From assembly GCA_050010535.1 (NCBI GenBank), contig JBEKKT010000002.1:11247-75246 (forward strand): a stretch of DNA of 64,000 nt, in the 5' to 3' direction. The translations under genes were made by a program, and so were the position numbers. Positions 50,081 to 61,488 of the stretch are shown in pieces. The notes below the pieces were generated by a model. It was not told the DNA's origin and did not search any database. It saw nothing but the letters and a program-made list of their open reading frames with translations. The first letter of the stretch is position 1, and the number at the start of each line of letters is the position of its first letter. This stretch comes from Methanomassiliicoccales archaeon (lineage in GTDB: Archaea; Thermoplasmatota; Thermoplasmata; Methanomassiliicoccales; JACIVX01).

Positions 50081-50314
50081 TCAGAACTTGATACCAGTTA
50101 GTGTTTTCGTATCTATGACTCCGGGGATTGACCGGATCTTGTCCACGACGACCTGCCCCAGAAGATTGAAGTCCTCTGCCTCAATCTTCGCGATGAGATC
50201 ATACTCTCCGAACAGCGGGTGAAGCTCGACGACCTCCTTCACCTTTAGCAGCTCGTTGTAGACCTCGTGCTCCTTGGCGGGTGCAGTGCTAATCAGGACA
50301 AACCCCACAGCCAT
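50081..50314 (-). CDS. Stand-alone Lrp/AsnC ligand-binding domain protein
   Basis: LFGEYDLIAKIEA, IPGVIDTKT. Confidence 0.88.
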   Translation of the reverse strand: MAVGFVLISTAPAKEHEVYNELLKVKEVVELHPLFGEYDLIAKIEAEDFNLLGQVVVDKIRSIPGVIDTKTLTGIKF

Positions 50315-50425
50315 ACATTCACCTTGTGGCCCCATTACGGTTTTTTCGGTCTTAAACCTTTCGTTGGACAGCAATTACTGACGTGCAACATCGTGCATGA
50401 GAGATCGTGCTGGTACGAATGGGAT

Positions 50426-51349
50426 TCAAAGGCGTCGGAAGACCCGCTCCGCCCTCTCCAGGACAGCGTCCCAAGCAGGGATGTTCGTCAGCGATCCCAC
50501 CGACTCGATGACGAACGATGCGGCTGAACTCCCTAGCACCGCGCATTCTCTTACAGAGTAACCCCTGAACCTGCCCGCATAGAAACCCGCCCTGAACGCA
50601 TCCCCGGCCCCCGTCGTGTCGACTATCTTAGCAGGGGCGACTGCCGGGATCTCATAGACTCCGTCAGGACAGTAGACGACGCTGCCCTTCGACCCCCGCG
50701 TATTGATCAACAGACCCACCGTCTTCAACAGTTCTTCCGGCCTCGTCACGCCCATGTATTCCATCGCGATTCGGAGCTCGTTCTCGTTCGCGAAGAAAGT
50801 GTCGCAGAGGGGGAGCGCCTTCCTAAATGTCTCTCGATTCCAGATGTGGTGTATTTCCTGCGAAGGGTCGAATGAAATGTGCTTCTTCAGCTGCCTGCAA
50901 TGACTCATGACCTTGACGTAGTAGCTCGGCCGGCCAGTGCAGATGTGCACCACCTCCGCCTTCTTCGCGCCGTCCATCCTCGGCTCGAATATGTCCATCT
51001 CCCGCATCGGGCCCTGATAGACGTAGGCGATCTGATTGTGCAAATGGTCCGAGACTATCCAGACTGTCGAGGTCTCGTATCCCTCAACGGAAATGAGTTC
51101 CTTCAGGTCGACGCCCTTTCCTTCCATGAACTCACGGAAGTCGACCGGCATGTCCCCACCGACGAAGGAACAGAGCGCTGTTGGGACCCCGAGCCTCGCG
51201 GCGATGGAGGCCATATTCGCCCCAGTCCCACCGAAGAACCGTTTCTTCTCTTTCACGTCGACGGAAGTGTTCGGTTCAGGTAAAAGTTCGAGAGTGATAA
51301 TGTAGTCGAGCGCCGTATGACCGTAGACGCAGAGATACGGACGTGCCAT
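50426..51349 (-). CDS. PfkB-family carbohydrate/nucleoside kinase
   Basis: GGTGANMA, VDTTGAGDAFRAG; ATG overlaps ahcY stop. Confidence 0.9.
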   Translation of the reverse strand: MARPYLCVYGHTALDYIITLELLPEPNTSVDVKEKKRFFGGTGANMASIAARLGVPTALCSFVGGDMPVDFREFMEGKGVDLKELISVEGYETSTVWIVSDHLHNQIAYVYQGPMREMDIFEPRMDGAKKAEVVHICTGRPSYYVKVMSHCRQLKKHISFDPSQEIHHIWNRETFRKALPLCDTFFANENELRIAMEYMGVTRPEELLKTVGLLINTRGSKGSVVYCPDGVYEIPAVAPAKIVDTTGAGDAFRAGFYAGRFRGYSVRECAVLGSSAASFVIESVGSLTNIPAWDAVLERAERVFRRL

Positions 51350-52587
51350 CAGGTCCCCTCGTGCCATCCTGCGAGATACTTCGCTTGCTCCTGCGTCAAA
51401 GTATCGATCTTCGTTCCCATAGTACTCAGCTTCAGGCGAGCAACAAGGTCGTCGATCTCAGCCGGGACGTTATAAACCCCCGGCTTCATCTCCCGGTAGT
51501 GCTTAGCTAGGTACTCGACGGACAGGGCCTGGATCGAGAAGCTCATGTCCATGATCTCGACCGGGTGTCCTTGACCGGCTCCAAGGTTCATCAATCTGCC
51601 CTCGCAGAGCAGGTACGCTTTCCTCCCGTCCGGAAAGCCATACTCGTCTATGAACTCCCTGACCTTCCGGGGCTTCCCTGCATACTCCTCCAACGACCGC
51701 TTCGAGATCTCGGTGTCGAAATGACCGGAGTTGCCGAGAACACATCCGTCCTTCAGAGCCACGAAATGTTCGCGTCTAACAACGTCCTTGCATCCAGTCG
51801 CGGAGATGATGATGTCCGCTTCCTTTACCGCCTCGGTCATCGGCATGATCTCGAACCCGTCCATAGTCGCCTCGATAGCCCTGACGGGATCGACCTCGGT
51901 CACAATCACTAGCGCCCCCAAGCCCCTCGCTCTCATGGCGATGCCGCGCCCACACCATCCGTAGCCTGCCACGACCAGCTTCTTGCCGGCAACGAGTAGG
52001 TTCGTAGCGGTCATCCAGCCGTCGAAGGTCGATTGCCCTGTGCCATATCGATTGTCGAAGAGATACTTCATGTGCGCGTCGTTTACGGAAATGATAGGAA
52101 ACTTGAGCTCACCGTGCTTGGCCATGGACCTAAGCCTCACGACCCCCGTCGTCGTCTCCTCGTTCGCACCCTTGACACTGGAAAGCAGGTTCTTCCTATC
52201 GGTATGGGCCATTGTGATAAGATCGGCGCCATCATCGATCAGGAAATCCGGTCCGAGGTCGAGGACCGAATTCAGATTGCCGTAGTACTCCTCGGTTGTC
52301 TCCCACTTCTTGGCGTGTACCTCCAGACCATAGTGTTCCCGGAGCGCCAAGGAGACCGAGTCGTCGGTCGAGAGAGGATTGCAGCTGGCGAGACGGATCT
52401 TCGCGCCCGCTTCGGCAAGTGCGATCGCCAGCATTCCGGTCTTCGCCTCCACGTGAAGCGCCATTCCAATATTCAGGCCGTCGAGAGGGCGTTCCTTGAC
52501 CATTCGTCGTCTGATCTCGGCCAAGACTTTCATGTGAGTACTGGCCCACTCGAGTCTCCTGATCCCCTTCTCGACCTCATCCTTCAA
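51349..52587 (-). CDS. ahcY: S-adenosylhomocysteine hydrolase
   Basis: LHVEAKT, EETTTGV, FDNRYGTGQS, GYGWCGRG, GHPVEIMDMSF. Confidence 0.96.
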   Translation of the reverse strand: MKDEVEKGIRRLEWASTHMKVLAEIRRRMVKERPLDGLNIGMALHVEAKTGMLAIALAEAGAKIRLASCNPLSTDDSVSLALREHYGLEVHAKKWETTEEYYGNLNSVLDLGPDFLIDDGADLITMAHTDRKNLLSSVKGANEETTTGVVRLRSMAKHGELKFPIISVNDAHMKYLFDNRYGTGQSTFDGWMTATNLLVAGKKLVVAGYGWCGRGIAMRARGLGALVIVTEVDPVRAIEATMDGFEIMPMTEAVKEADIIISATGCKDVVRREHFVALKDGCVLGNSGHFDTEISKRSLEEYAGKPRKVREFIDEYGFPDGRKAYLLCEGRLMNLGAGQGHPVEIMDMSFSIQALSVEYLAKHYREMKPGVYNVPAEIDDLVARLKLSTMGTKIDTLTQEQAKYLAGWHEGT

Positions 52588-52637
52588 AAGACCACCAGCA
52601 CAAAATGCTATCCTGAGAGTTTATTCTTTGCCTTCGT

Positions 52638-53399
52638 TCAATTAATCTGGAGGTGATCGCATATCGCCTGGACAATCCTCTTCAGGTTCATCCCATTGTC
52701 GAACGACGATATCAGTCGTTTCCTTTCCGGTCCGTCCTCCCTGAGGCCTCTGACGGCTCCGATCATGTTCGGCAACGCCCTTGTCACCTCGTCGACGATC
52801 GTGACCGTCGCTGCCCCTGCCGTCCTCGAAAGAGGATTGAGATCCACAGCCAGCACAATCTTGCCAGCGCGCACCAATGCCTCTGCCCTGTCGCCGTCCT
52901 CGAGCGGAACCAGGACGACATCGGCAGAGAAGATGCCTTCCTTCGCGCAAAGGGCGCGGTCGGAGGATATGCCCTTCAGCCTCGCGTCGAGATTTCTTCC
53001 CAGAACCATCTTCGCCCCGGCCGCCTCCATGTGGCTGACGACCTTCTCCATCCTTCCTTCAACGCTATGGAACAGATTAACCTCGATCTTCGCTGGTATT
53101 CCCTCAGAAAGGGCTATGACCTCCTCGGGACAGAGTGCCGCGACATTGCCGTTAACGGAAATGACGGGGTTCTCGGCCTCCAGTAGGTAAGCGACTGCCA
53201 CTTTTTCGGCGAGCAAAGCATCAGGTGTCGTCCTCTCCCCAAGCAGGTAGTTGAACGCCTCCCCCCTCCCGTGAGCGATGAGGCCAGTCGTAGAGACAAT
53301 CCCTGCCCTGTTCAACTCGGCGAGCCTCTCCCTGACGATCAACGAACGGTACCTCGGATGATCCTTCGACAATTCCACGGAATGTGGGATTGCTTGCAC
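52638..53399 (-). CDS. Phosphopantothenate synthetase (4-phosphopantoate--beta-alanine ligase)
   Basis: HPRYRSL, GLIAHGRGEAF, VPLEDGDR, DLNPLSRT. Confidence 0.92.
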   Translation of the reverse strand: MQAIPHSVELSKDHPRYRSLIVRERLAELNRAGIVSTTGLIAHGRGEAFNYLLGERTTPDALLAEKVAVAYLLEAENPVISVNGNVAALCPEEVIALSEGIPAKIEVNLFHSVEGRMEKVVSHMEAAGAKMVLGRNLDARLKGISSDRALCAKEGIFSADVVLVPLEDGDRAEALVRAGKIVLAVDLNPLSRTAGAATVTIVDEVTRALPNMIGAVRGLREDGPERKRLISSFDNGMNLKRIVQAICDHLQIN

Positions 53400-53602
53400 A
53401 ATCTTAAATCATTCTGACTGCTCTGCTCGGTCGGATGACGATCTGCGATGACGCCTCCGCCGATTGCTGGCATTGTCCCAGTTCGAGACGACGTTTGAGT
53501 CGGATTGGCGAACGTCATTAAAACTTTACGAAATGTTTAAATACAACATCTAGAATGTAGTTGGCGAGCGCCGGATTACGTCAGGTGACGCCAGGTGAGC
53601 AA

Positions 53603-53866
53603 ATGAAGGTCCTTGGAACCGTCCAAGAAGTCACTTTTGATGGGAAGCTTGTCATCAAGGCGGCTTTTGCTCCGCAACTTAGGGCGAGGATCGTCGACAA
53701 CAGGAAAAGGACAATGGGAACCGTCAGAAGAGTTTTCGGACCCATCGCCGCCCCATATGTCTCGATCGACCCGTCCGGCGGCCTGAACCTGCTTGCGACC
53801 TTGGGCAAGCAGGTATACGTGGAGGAGGTCGGAAACTATGGCAAGGACAAAAGAAGGGACCGATGA
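53603..53866 (+). CDS. gar1: H/ACA RNP component Gar1/Naf1 family
   Basis: [17 protein letters not shown]; gar1-tfb order. Confidence 0.8.
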   Translation: MKVLGTVQEVTFDGKLVIKAAFAPQLRARIVDNRKRTMGTVRRVFGPIAAPYVSIDPSGGLNLLATLGKQVYVEEVGNYGKDKRRDR

Positions 53867-54770
53867 GATAGAACGATGCCCCGAGTGCAACAGTGGACAC
53901 CTTGTTAGAGACTATGAACGCGGCGAACTGATTTGCGAGGACTGCGGGCTGGTCATAGATGATCAGTTCATTGACCAGGGACCTGAGTGGAGAGCATTCG
54001 ACGTGGAACAGGGTGAGAAGCGCGCAAGGACTGGCGCCCCGATGACATACACTATCCACGACAAGGGCCTATCGACCGAAATATCCTGGAAGAACAAGGA
54101 CAGCTATGGAAAGAGCATACCGACGAGAAACAGGGCGCAGCTCTACAGACTGCGGAAGTGGCAGAGAAGGATAAGGGTCTCGAACGCCACCGAGCGCAAC
54201 CTGGCGTTCGCCCTGAGCGAACTCGACCGCATGGCCTCTGCCATGGGACTGCCGAGGAATGTTAGGGAGACCGCAGCCATGGTCTATAGGAAAGCGGTCA
54301 ACAAGAACCTCATTAGAGGAAGGAGCATCGAAGGTGTCGTGGCGGCGTCGCTGTACGCTGCGTGCAGGCAATGTGGCGTCCCGAGGACCCTGGATGAGGT
54401 CGCGAACTCGAGTAGAGTCGGAAGAAAGGAGATCGGCAGGACCTACCGTTTCATGACCAGGGAGCTTAAGCTGAAGCTCATGCCCACCAGACCTCAGGAC
54501 TACGTGCAGAGGTTCTGCAGCGAACTAAAGCTTAGCGGAGAGGTGCAGTCGAAGGCGGGCGAGATCCTGAAGGATGCCGCGAAGAAGGAGCTGACTTCCG
54601 GGCGCGGTCCGACCGGTGTGGCCGCCGCCGCAATCTACATAGCGTCCATTCTGTGCAATGAGCGCAGAACGCAGAGGGAGGTCGCGGATATCGCTGGCGT
54701 CACGGAAGTGACGATTCGGAACAGGTACAAGGAACTCACTGAGAAACTGGGAATAGAAATCCAACTCTGA
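53838..54770 (+). CDS. tfb: Transcription initiation factor IIB
   Basis: CPEC...CEDC Zn ribbon, GPEWRAF, two cyclin repeats, [10 protein letters not shown]. Confidence 0.97.
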   Translation: MARTKEGTDEIERCPECNSGHLVRDYERGELICEDCGLVIDDQFIDQGPEWRAFDVEQGEKRARTGAPMTYTIHDKGLSTEISWKNKDSYGKSIPTRNRAQLYRLRKWQRRIRVSNATERNLAFALSELDRMASAMGLPRNVRETAAMVYRKAVNKNLIRGRSIEGVVAASLYAACRQCGVPRTLDEVANSSRVGRKEIGRTYRFMTRELKLKLMPTRPQDYVQRFCSELKLSGEVQSKAGEILKDAAKKELTSGRGPTGVAAAAIYIASILCNERRTQREVADIAGVTEVTIRNRYKELTEKLGIEIQL

Positions 54771-54875
54771 AGGGATGCCGACCTAGAGTCCACCTGCGTG
54801 GCGAATCTCCGAAAGGTTATTTACTAGACCTCGCTATTAACCGGCTTGGTCGAGAATTTGTCACGCGGCAAGTTA

Positions 54876-55811
54876 ATGCTCAAGCCTGCCGGGATTTGGC
54901 TTGTCATAGGAGGACTCCTGACATTCGGGGCCTCCGTCTGGATCTTCATCGTGGAGGGTGTGTTCGGAACCACCATCGGCACTCTACTAATCCTGCTCCT
55001 TTTCCTGATCGGAGGTCTGGAGATCTCCTCCGCGAGGCCAGTCTGGCGGGCGGAGGTCGGAGGCTGGAAGGGGATAATGACCTCCCTCGGTCTCTCCATC
55101 CTGTTCCGCGCGATGATGGTCTACTACTCAAGAGACCTCTATCTCTTCTGGATCGGAGCTGTTGTCGGCGTCGGAGAATTCCTCATATTCCTTTCGCTTT
55201 ACATCAACCGGGGGCTCTTCCTTCCATCGGAGGAGGAGCGAGCTGCGGTGATGGGGAAGATAGAGGCTTCTTCTGTCAAGACATTCGCTGAGTGTCCGAA
55301 CTGCCATGCGATTGTGGAACCCGAATGGGAGTCCTGCCCTGACTGCGGCGCTTCCCTTTCGAAGTTCTGCGCGAAATGCGGGGAACCGCTGGGTAAGGGG
55401 GTAGCGAAGTGTCCGTGCTGCGGGGCAGAGGTAGAAAAGTCCGCGGCTCTGCTGAAGATGATAGGGACGCTACGGACATCCGCCGAAGAGGATGTCCCTC
55501 CGGAGACGAAATCGAGCAGATATGCGAAGCTGGCCGAGGGGCTGCTGAAAGGCGGAGAAATCGCACAGGCACTGGACTCATACGACAAGGCGATCGAGAA
55601 CACAGGATTTGACCGGAAGCGCTGCCACTTCATGGTGAAAATGGCGACGATCCTGAAGAACACCGGGAGAACAGACGAAGCGATTACCCTTCTGGACGAA
55701 GCGATCGAAACGGATCCAGCAGACTACGCTGGCGCGGCCAAACTGAAGAATGAGATACTTGGTGGCACCGGCAAGCCGGCCGACGCCTGCAAGGTCCCGC
55801 AGGCGACCTGA
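54876..55811 (+). CDS. Membrane protein with double Zn-ribbon and TPR-like C-terminus
   Basis: Four TM segments, CPNC/CPDC/CAKC/CPCC, TPR-like helices. Confidence 0.75.
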   Translation: MLKPAGIWLVIGGLLTFGASVWIFIVEGVFGTTIGTLLILLLFLIGGLEISSARPVWRAEVGGWKGIMTSLGLSILFRAMMVYYSRDLYLFWIGAVVGVGEFLIFLSLYINRGLFLPSEEERAAVMGKIEASSVKTFAECPNCHAIVEPEWESCPDCGASLSKFCAKCGEPLGKGVAKCPCCGAEVEKSAALLKMIGTLRTSAEEDVPPETKSSRYAKLAEGLLKGGEIAQALDSYDKAIENTGFDRKRCHFMVKMATILKNTGRTDEAITLLDEAIETDPADYAGAAKLKNEILGGTGKPADACKVPQAT

Positions 55812-55818
55812 TGATTCC

Positions 55819-56871
55819 CTACGGTCTGACCCGCCTGAACCTGAGATACTGCACGTCCTTACCCGACACCCTCCCGAAGAGGATGTCCTTCTTCACTCCG
55901 TGAGCGAGTCTTACCGCACGAGAGATTTCCGGCCACATAGCTTTGTAATCCTCGGGAACAGCATGCACCAAGTACTTCGCGTGATGCTTCTCCGGATCCG
56001 CTTCGTACACCCTGAAGTGCGCTCCGTACTTGAACCCGGTCTTTACGATCAAGCCCCGCTTTCGCATGTCGCCATATGCCTTCAGCCTCAATTCGAAATC
56101 TGGCTGGATCTTCATTGCCTTCCTGACCAGTCCGCCAAGGTTGACCTTTCGGTTCGAGCCGGGTCCCCTCACCGTTATCTTGCCTTCAACCATGAGGTAG
56201 GCCGTTTCTATCAACGAGAGCTGAAGCGCCTTCCCCAGCTTCTTCCCGTAGAATCCGTGCCGGTAGAGCCCTTCGGCTTGGTTCTCATCAAGGACGAGCA
56301 CTCTATCCTCAAAAAGGGTCGCCTCGGTCGCCGGGATAACGTCGTCCGCGGGGTGCCCACCAGGGCCCGATCTTGACGCCTTGTAGTATGTGATGTCGCC
56401 CTCCTCGTCGACGATTGCCAATAGAAGCTCCTTCCTAGTCCTCTCGGATTTCACCATCTCCTCTAAGAAACCAGTCATATCGAAGAGAGATCTTTCCGCC
56501 ACCGCCAAGACCCAGTACTTCGTCTGCGATGTCGTCGGCGTCCCGCCCCTCGGGAAAACCCTGAAGTCGAATTCTCCGGAATCTGGCTTCACAACGTATC
56601 CTCTCTGCCTTAGATCTCGATAGACGATGTAGTGGATCTCGAAACCGTCGCACGACGAAGCGCTGAGCTTGATCATGTCGGAGAAGGTCAGAGGTTTCCG
56701 ATCTCGGAGGATCTCCAACCTACACGTCTCCAGAAGATAGCAGGCCTCGAGCACGTCGAGTTCGAGTGCCCCCCCGGAGAGCGGGTAGCCGTAAAACCCC
56801 TTGTTGTAGACCTGGCTCGCCTCCTTCTCGTCTCTGACTATCACGGCGTCATCGACCAGTTCTCCGGGCAT
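55819..56871 (-). CDS. endA: tRNA-intron endonuclease (two-unit, homodimer type)
   Basis: Two repeats: VYRDLRQRGYVVK and KRGLIVKTGFKYGAHFRVY; AVRLAHGVKK. Confidence 0.93.
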   Translation of the reverse strand: MPGELVDDAVIVRDEKEASQVYNKGFYGYPLSGGALELDVLEACYLLETCRLEILRDRKPLTFSDMIKLSASSCDGFEIHYIVYRDLRQRGYVVKPDSGEFDFRVFPRGGTPTTSQTKYWVLAVAERSLFDMTGFLEEMVKSERTRKELLLAIVDEEGDITYYKASRSGPGGHPADDVIPATEATLFEDRVLVLDENQAEGLYRHGFYGKKLGKALQLSLIETAYLMVEGKITVRGPGSNRKVNLGGLVRKAMKIQPDFELRLKAYGDMRKRGLIVKTGFKYGAHFRVYEADPEKHHAKYLVHAVPEDYKAMWPEISRAVRLAHGVKKDILFGRVSGKDVQYLRFRRVRP

Positions 56872-57000
56872 ATCTCTCGGAACTCCGTCTTCGTAGTTAT
56901 AGTTGTTTCCTCGCTCCACCTCGGTCAGACCTCGGTACCGCCACAGTAGATTCCGATGCGTCCCGTTCCGAAAAGTGCAGGGGAAAGGTTAATATCTAAT

Positions 57001-57034
57001 GTTAACAACTTAAGGTTAACTAGTCGGTGTTAAC
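57001..57034. promoter_or_regulatory. Candidate heat-shock regulator operator
   Basis: Three GTTAAC at 14-bp period, including AAC-TTAAG-GTT at 57007-57017, abutting the ATG. Confidence 0.6.
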
Positions 57035-57706
57035 ATGAATGACCTCGACATGCTACTGTCGATAATCGAGAACCCTACCAGGCGCAAGATCCTTGAGGCC
57101 TTGGTCAGGGAACCGAATTACCCTCTCAAGCTCTCGAAGGAACTTCAGATGAGCCAGCAAACGATAATGAAACACCTAAAGGTCTTGGAAGATAGCGAAC
57201 TCGTGAGAAGCCATCCTGAGGAGAGCGATCGCGGAGGTCCGAACAGGAAGCTCTACGTCCCGACGTCGGAATTTACAATCATCGTGGATGTCGGTCCCGG
57301 CCTTTTCAATGCCGAGATTGTCATGCCAGAGGATTCTGACCGGTTGATCGACCAGAATGGAACTCTGAGCGAGCCACAGGGACAGCCGATTGAGAGAGGT
57401 TTCAAAGAGGAGGTGGACAGTCTGAGAGGTTCGATTCTCAACATCGACAAAGAGCTCGAGGACTTGCACGCGAAGAGGGCCTCGCTTATCAGGCTGAAGG
57501 AGCAGACCATTGAAATGGCTAGGAAGTTCGTCGAGAACAGCGTGGACAATTACCAGGTGAGGAGGATCGTCTACGAGTCGATAAAGAAGCCTTCTCTCAG
57601 TTCGCAGCAGATAGGACGAGAGCTCGGCATCCGTGATGAGATGGTGCAGGACGTGATGGACGAACTGGACAGACACAGGGGCAAGCACAATGGAAGAGAG
57701 GAGTAA
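57035..57706 (+). CDS. ArsR-family wHTH regulator (HSR1/Phr-like)
   Basis: NPTRRKILEAL, SQQTIMKHLKVLE, RKLY; heads the hsp20-cdc48-hsp20 cluster. Confidence 0.85.
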   Translation: MNDLDMLLSIIENPTRRKILEALVREPNYPLKLSKELQMSQQTIMKHLKVLEDSELVRSHPEESDRGGPNRKLYVPTSEFTIIVDVGPGLFNAEIVMPEDSDRLIDQNGTLSEPQGQPIERGFKEEVDSLRGSILNIDKELEDLHAKRASLIRLKEQTIEMARKFVENSVDNYQVRRIVYESIKKPSLSSQQIGRELGIRDEMVQDVMDELDRHRGKHNGREE

Positions 57707-57998
57707 GCTGAAGCAGTTTGCAGAGCAATGCGGAATGGAGCTTGAGAAGGCTGCCAGGGAAACGCAACAGAACCTGGCGAAGGCACTCGAGACCGCCGAG
57801 CAGCTCAGCAAGAAGGTATACTACATCGCAGAAAAGGAGACGAGAACCTCCAGAAGGGAGGCACGGAATGTCACGATGGAGGCGCTGAACCAGATAAAGA
57901 AGGAACTTCCTGGCATACGCAAGGACCTTGAGCAGATAGAACAAAGAATCAGGAAGCGGGTAGAGGCACTTGAGAAAGCGCTAGATGATTTGCTCTAA
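57690..57998 (+). CDS. Coiled-coil hypothetical protein
   Basis: 102-aa charged helical ORF overlapping the regulator stop. Confidence 0.7.
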   Translation: MEERSKLKQFAEQCGMELEKAARETQQNLAKALETAEQLSKKVYYIAEKETRTSRREARNVTMEALNQIKKELPGIRKDLEQIEQRIRKRVEALEKALDDLL

Positions 57999-58036
57999 GA
58001 AATATTTATATAGAAGCGCTTTACATTACCGTATTT

Positions 58037-58061
58037 AGCCTTAGGTTGATAACATAAGGTT
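58037..58061. promoter_or_regulatory. Candidate heat-shock operator upstream of hsp20
   Basis: AGC-CTTAG-GTT and AAC-ATAAG-GTT at 14-bp period, downstream of the TATTTATATA box. Confidence 0.6.
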
Positions 58062-58093
58062 GTAATGTTGGGAAACAACAGAGGCTTGATGAT

Positions 58094-58570
58094 ATGGATC
58101 CGAAGAAACAGGACGAAAAGGACGTAGTACCTATGATCTGCCTGAATCCGCAGACCATGCTGGGTGAGATGAACGGGATGTTCGATCGTCTCAGATTTGG
58201 GATCGAAGACTTCTGGTTCCCGTCGATTTCGGTCAGTGGGGCCAGAGTCCCGATGGTCGACGTCAAGGACGAGGACAATCACTACCTGGTCGAAGCAGAA
58301 GTACCGGGCATGACCAAGGAGAATGTCGAGATCGAGCTGGGCGAGGACAGCCTCGAGATCAAGGCGAAGAAGGAAGAAGAGAAGGAAGAGACCGCGGAAG
58401 GTTACATCTGCAAGGAGAGAGGTTCTCTCAGCTTCTACAGGAGACTTCCGCTTCCCGAGGATGCGAACAGAGATCTCATCGAAGCGAAGATGGAGGATGG
58501 CATCCTGAAGATCTCAATCCCGAAAGTAAATAAGCCTGAAGACAAGAAGAGAAAAGTGGATATCAAATGA
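58094..58570 (+). CDS. Small heat-shock protein Hsp20
   Basis: AEVPGMTKE, FYRRLPLP, AKMEDGILKISIPK. Confidence 0.93.
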   Translation: MDPKKQDEKDVVPMICLNPQTMLGEMNGMFDRLRFGIEDFWFPSISVSGARVPMVDVKDEDNHYLVEAEVPGMTKENVEIELGEDSLEIKAKKEEEKEETAEGYICKERGSLSFYRRLPLPEDANRDLIEAKMEDGILKISIPKVNKPEDKKRKVDIK

Positions 58571-58608
58571 GAGCTTCGCGCATGGAAGACAAGGAAGTGA
58601 GTTGAGCG

Positions 58609-60792
58609 ATGGATTCGTCAGAGAAGGTTCTGAAGGTTGTTGAAGCTAAGTCAAAGGATGCGGGCAAAGGCATCGCCCGCGTCGATTCCGAGGTGCTCAG
58701 CGCTCTCGGGCTGACGGCAGGCGACGTCATTCAAATCGAAGGAAAGAAGCGGACGGTGGCCATAGTCTGGCCAGGATACCCTGAGGATGCGAATCGGGGC
58801 ACAATTAGAATAGACGGCACAATCAGGAGGAACGCCCAAACGAGCATAGACGAGAAGGTGGCAATCAAGAAGGTCATCGTGAAGGAGGCTCAGAAGATCA
58901 CTTTTGCTCCGACAGAACCATTAAGGATAATGGGAGGAGAGGAGTACCTGAGCCAGGCCTTGGAAGGCAGAGCCGTCACGAGGGGCGATGTCATAGAGAT
59001 CAATGTCATGGGAAGAAGAATCGACCTTGTTGTCGTTTCCTTCGCTCCGTCGTCGGACGCAGTCATCGTGCAGCGTGACACAGAAGTCAAGATCGGCGAG
59101 AAGCCGGTGAAAGAAGGAACGGCGAACATACCGAAGGTCACCTACGAAGACATCGGCGGCTTGAGCGATGAGGTCAAGAAGGTTAGGGAGATGATCGAGC
59201 TGCCTCTGAGGCATCCCGAGCTCTTCGAACGCCTGGGCGTGGAGGCCCCGAAGGGCGTCCTCTTGCACGGACCTCCGGGAACCGGCAAGACTCTCCTGGC
59301 AAAGGCTGTGGCCGGCGAGACTAGCGCCAACTTCATTTCCATCGGCGGGCCGGAGATTATGAGCAAGTTCTACGGCGAGAGTGAGGAGAGACTCAGGGAG
59401 ATATTCAAGGAGGCGGAAGAGAACGCCCCCAGCATCATATTCATCGATGAGATAGATTCGATCGCCCCGAAGCGGGACGAGGTAACTGGAGAGACCGAGA
59501 GAAGGGTGGTCGCGCAGCTCCTTGCCCTTATGGACGGATTGGAATCAAGAGGGAAGGTCGTTGTAATAGGCGCTACAAACAGACCGAACGCCCTCGACCC
59601 AGCGATAAGGAGACCAGGCAGGTTCGACAGGGAGATAGAGATCAGCATACCGAACCGCAACGGGAGGCTCGAGATACTTCAGATACACACAAGGGGCATG
59701 CCCCTTGACACGGACGTCAATCTGGAGAAGTTGGCTGACCTCACGCACGGCTACGCAGGGGCGGACCTGGCCGCCCTATGTAAAGAGGCCGCGATGCACT
59801 CTCTTCGAAGGATAATTCCGGAGATGGACCTCGAGATGGAAAGCATCCCAGTGGAGATACTGAACAAAATAAATGTCAAGAGGGACGACTTCTTCGCAGC
59901 TCTCAGAGAGATGCAGCCGTCGAGCCTCAGGGAGGTCTTGATCGAGTCCCCCAATCTGAGGTGGGAGGAGATCGGCGGTCTGGAGGATGCGAAGAGGGAA
60001 CTACAGGAGGCCGTCGAATGGCCTCTGAAGTATGGCCAGTTGTTCGACTACATGAATGCAACCCCACCCAAGGGAATACTCCTTTACGGAGCACCCGGAA
60101 CGGGGAAGACCATGCTCGCCAAGGCTGTGGCTACAGAGAGCGAGGCGAACTTCATCAACGTCAAAGGACCTGAGTTTCTAAGCAAGTGGGTCGGAGAGAG
60201 CGAGAAGGCCGTCAGAGAGACTTTCAGGAAGGCGCGGCAGGCTGCCCCGTGCATAGTGTTCATGGACGAGGTCGATTCTATAGCCCCCGTAAGGGGCGGG
60301 AGTTTCGACGGTCACGTGACCGAGAGAGTGATAAGCCAGTTACTGACCGAGATGGACGGACTTGAAAGCCTGCATAACGTCGTCGTCATAGCGGCGACGA
60401 ACAGGCCGGACATGATTGATCCCGCGCTCCTCAGACCCGGAAGGTTCGATCGCTTGGTCCACATCCCAATGCCCGATCTAGAGGGCAGAAAGAGGATATT
60501 GGGGATCCACATGAAGAATAAGCCGCTGGCCGAGGACGTGGACATCGCGGATATCGCCAAGAAGACCGAAGGATACAGCGGTGCCGACCTATCCGCGCTC
60601 GCGAACGAAGCGGTCATGCTCTCGATCCGCAGGATCGTTGCAAAAGGCGGAGATCTATCGCAGGAGTCTCTGCACAAGGAGAAGGTGAACATGAGAGACT
60701 TCCTCGACGGGATGGAGAAGGTAAGGCCTACCTCTCGTACAGATCTGACCAGGTATGACAAGATCATGAAGGACTTCGAGTACGTCAGGTGA
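58609..60792 (+). CDS. cdc48: CDC48/VCP (VAT) AAA+ ATPase
   Basis: N domain and two AAA modules ([12 protein letters not shown]; [12 protein letters not shown]). Confidence 0.97.
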   Translation: MDSSEKVLKVVEAKSKDAGKGIARVDSEVLSALGLTAGDVIQIEGKKRTVAIVWPGYPEDANRGTIRIDGTIRRNAQTSIDEKVAIKKVIVKEAQKITFAPTEPLRIMGGEEYLSQALEGRAVTRGDVIEINVMGRRIDLVVVSFAPSSDAVIVQRDTEVKIGEKPVKEGTANIPKVTYEDIGGLSDEVKKVREMIELPLRHPELFERLGVEAPKGVLLHGPPGTGKTLLAKAVAGETSANFISIGGPEIMSKFYGESEERLREIFKEAEENAPSIIFIDEIDSIAPKRDEVTGETERRVVAQLLALMDGLESRGKVVVIGATNRPNALDPAIRRPGRFDREIEISIPNRNGRLEILQIHTRGMPLDTDVNLEKLADLTHGYAGADLAALCKEAAMHSLRRIIPEMDLEMESIPVEILNKINVKRDDFFAALREMQPSSLREVLIESPNLRWEEIGGLEDAKRELQEAVEWPLKYGQLFDYMNATPPKGILLYGAPGTGKTMLAKAVATESEANFINVKGPEFLSKWVGESEKAVRETFRKARQAAPCIVFMDEVDSIAPVRGGSFDGHVTERVISQLLTEMDGLESLHNVVVIAATNRPDMIDPALLRPGRFDRLVHIPMPDLEGRKRILGIHMKNKPLAEDVDIADIAKKTEGYSGADLSALANEAVMLSIRRIVAKGGDLSQESLHKEKVNMRDFLDGMEKVRPTSRTDLTRYDKIMKDFEYVR

Positions 60793-61316
60793 TGAACATA
60801 AGGAAGAATGAGGACGACAAGAAGTGCAGACCGTGGGACGACGTCTTCGGCAGCTTTGACGAGGAGTTTGAAGGAATGAGAGAAAGAATGGACAGACTCA
60901 TGGAACAGCTGACGACCGGAGCCGCCTCGCTCGACAGTGAGCCGATGATCTACAGCTTTTCGATGAGGGTCGGCTCAGACGAAAAGCCTCTCATCCAGCA
61001 GTTCCGAAATACGGCGGTGAAAGATGAGGCGTCATCGATCAGGGAGCCCCTCACCGACGTAATCGAGGAAAAGGACAAGATGAGGGTAGTCGTTGAGCTG
61101 CCAGGTGTCGAGAAGGAGGAGATACACCTCCACGCGACGGCAAGGGCCTTAGATATTGAAGTGGATGGCCAAGATCGCAAATTCAGCAAACACCTGGACC
61201 TGCCCTGCGAGATCAAGGGGGACAATGCGAAGGCCACTTACAAGAACGGAGTGCTCCAGATACTACTCGAACGGTCTTCTAGAAGGAAGAAAAAGAAAGA
61301 TATCGGAATCGAGTGA
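60789..61316 (+). CDS. Archaeal small heat-shock protein Hsp20
   Basis: [24 protein letters not shown]. Confidence 0.92.
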   Translation: MMNIRKNEDDKKCRPWDDVFGSFDEEFEGMRERMDRLMEQLTTGAASLDSEPMIYSFSMRVGSDEKPLIQQFRNTAVKDEASSIREPLTDVIEEKDKMRVVVELPGVEKEEIHLHATARALDIEVDGQDRKFSKHLDLPCEIKGDNAKATYKNGVLQILLERSSRRKKKKDIGIE

Positions 61317-61488
61317 AAAGACGGCCTTATCACCCCTGCGTAGCTCGTTTCCTCTATCTTGTTTTTAACGTATCGCCGATCTGACGATTCTGGAACATGC
61401 CGAAACCCTCTCGCACCGAAACGCCCCCCCTCTTGATTCACTAGCCATCAGAGATCCAGTGCTGACAAGGATTATATAGAAGCTCAAC

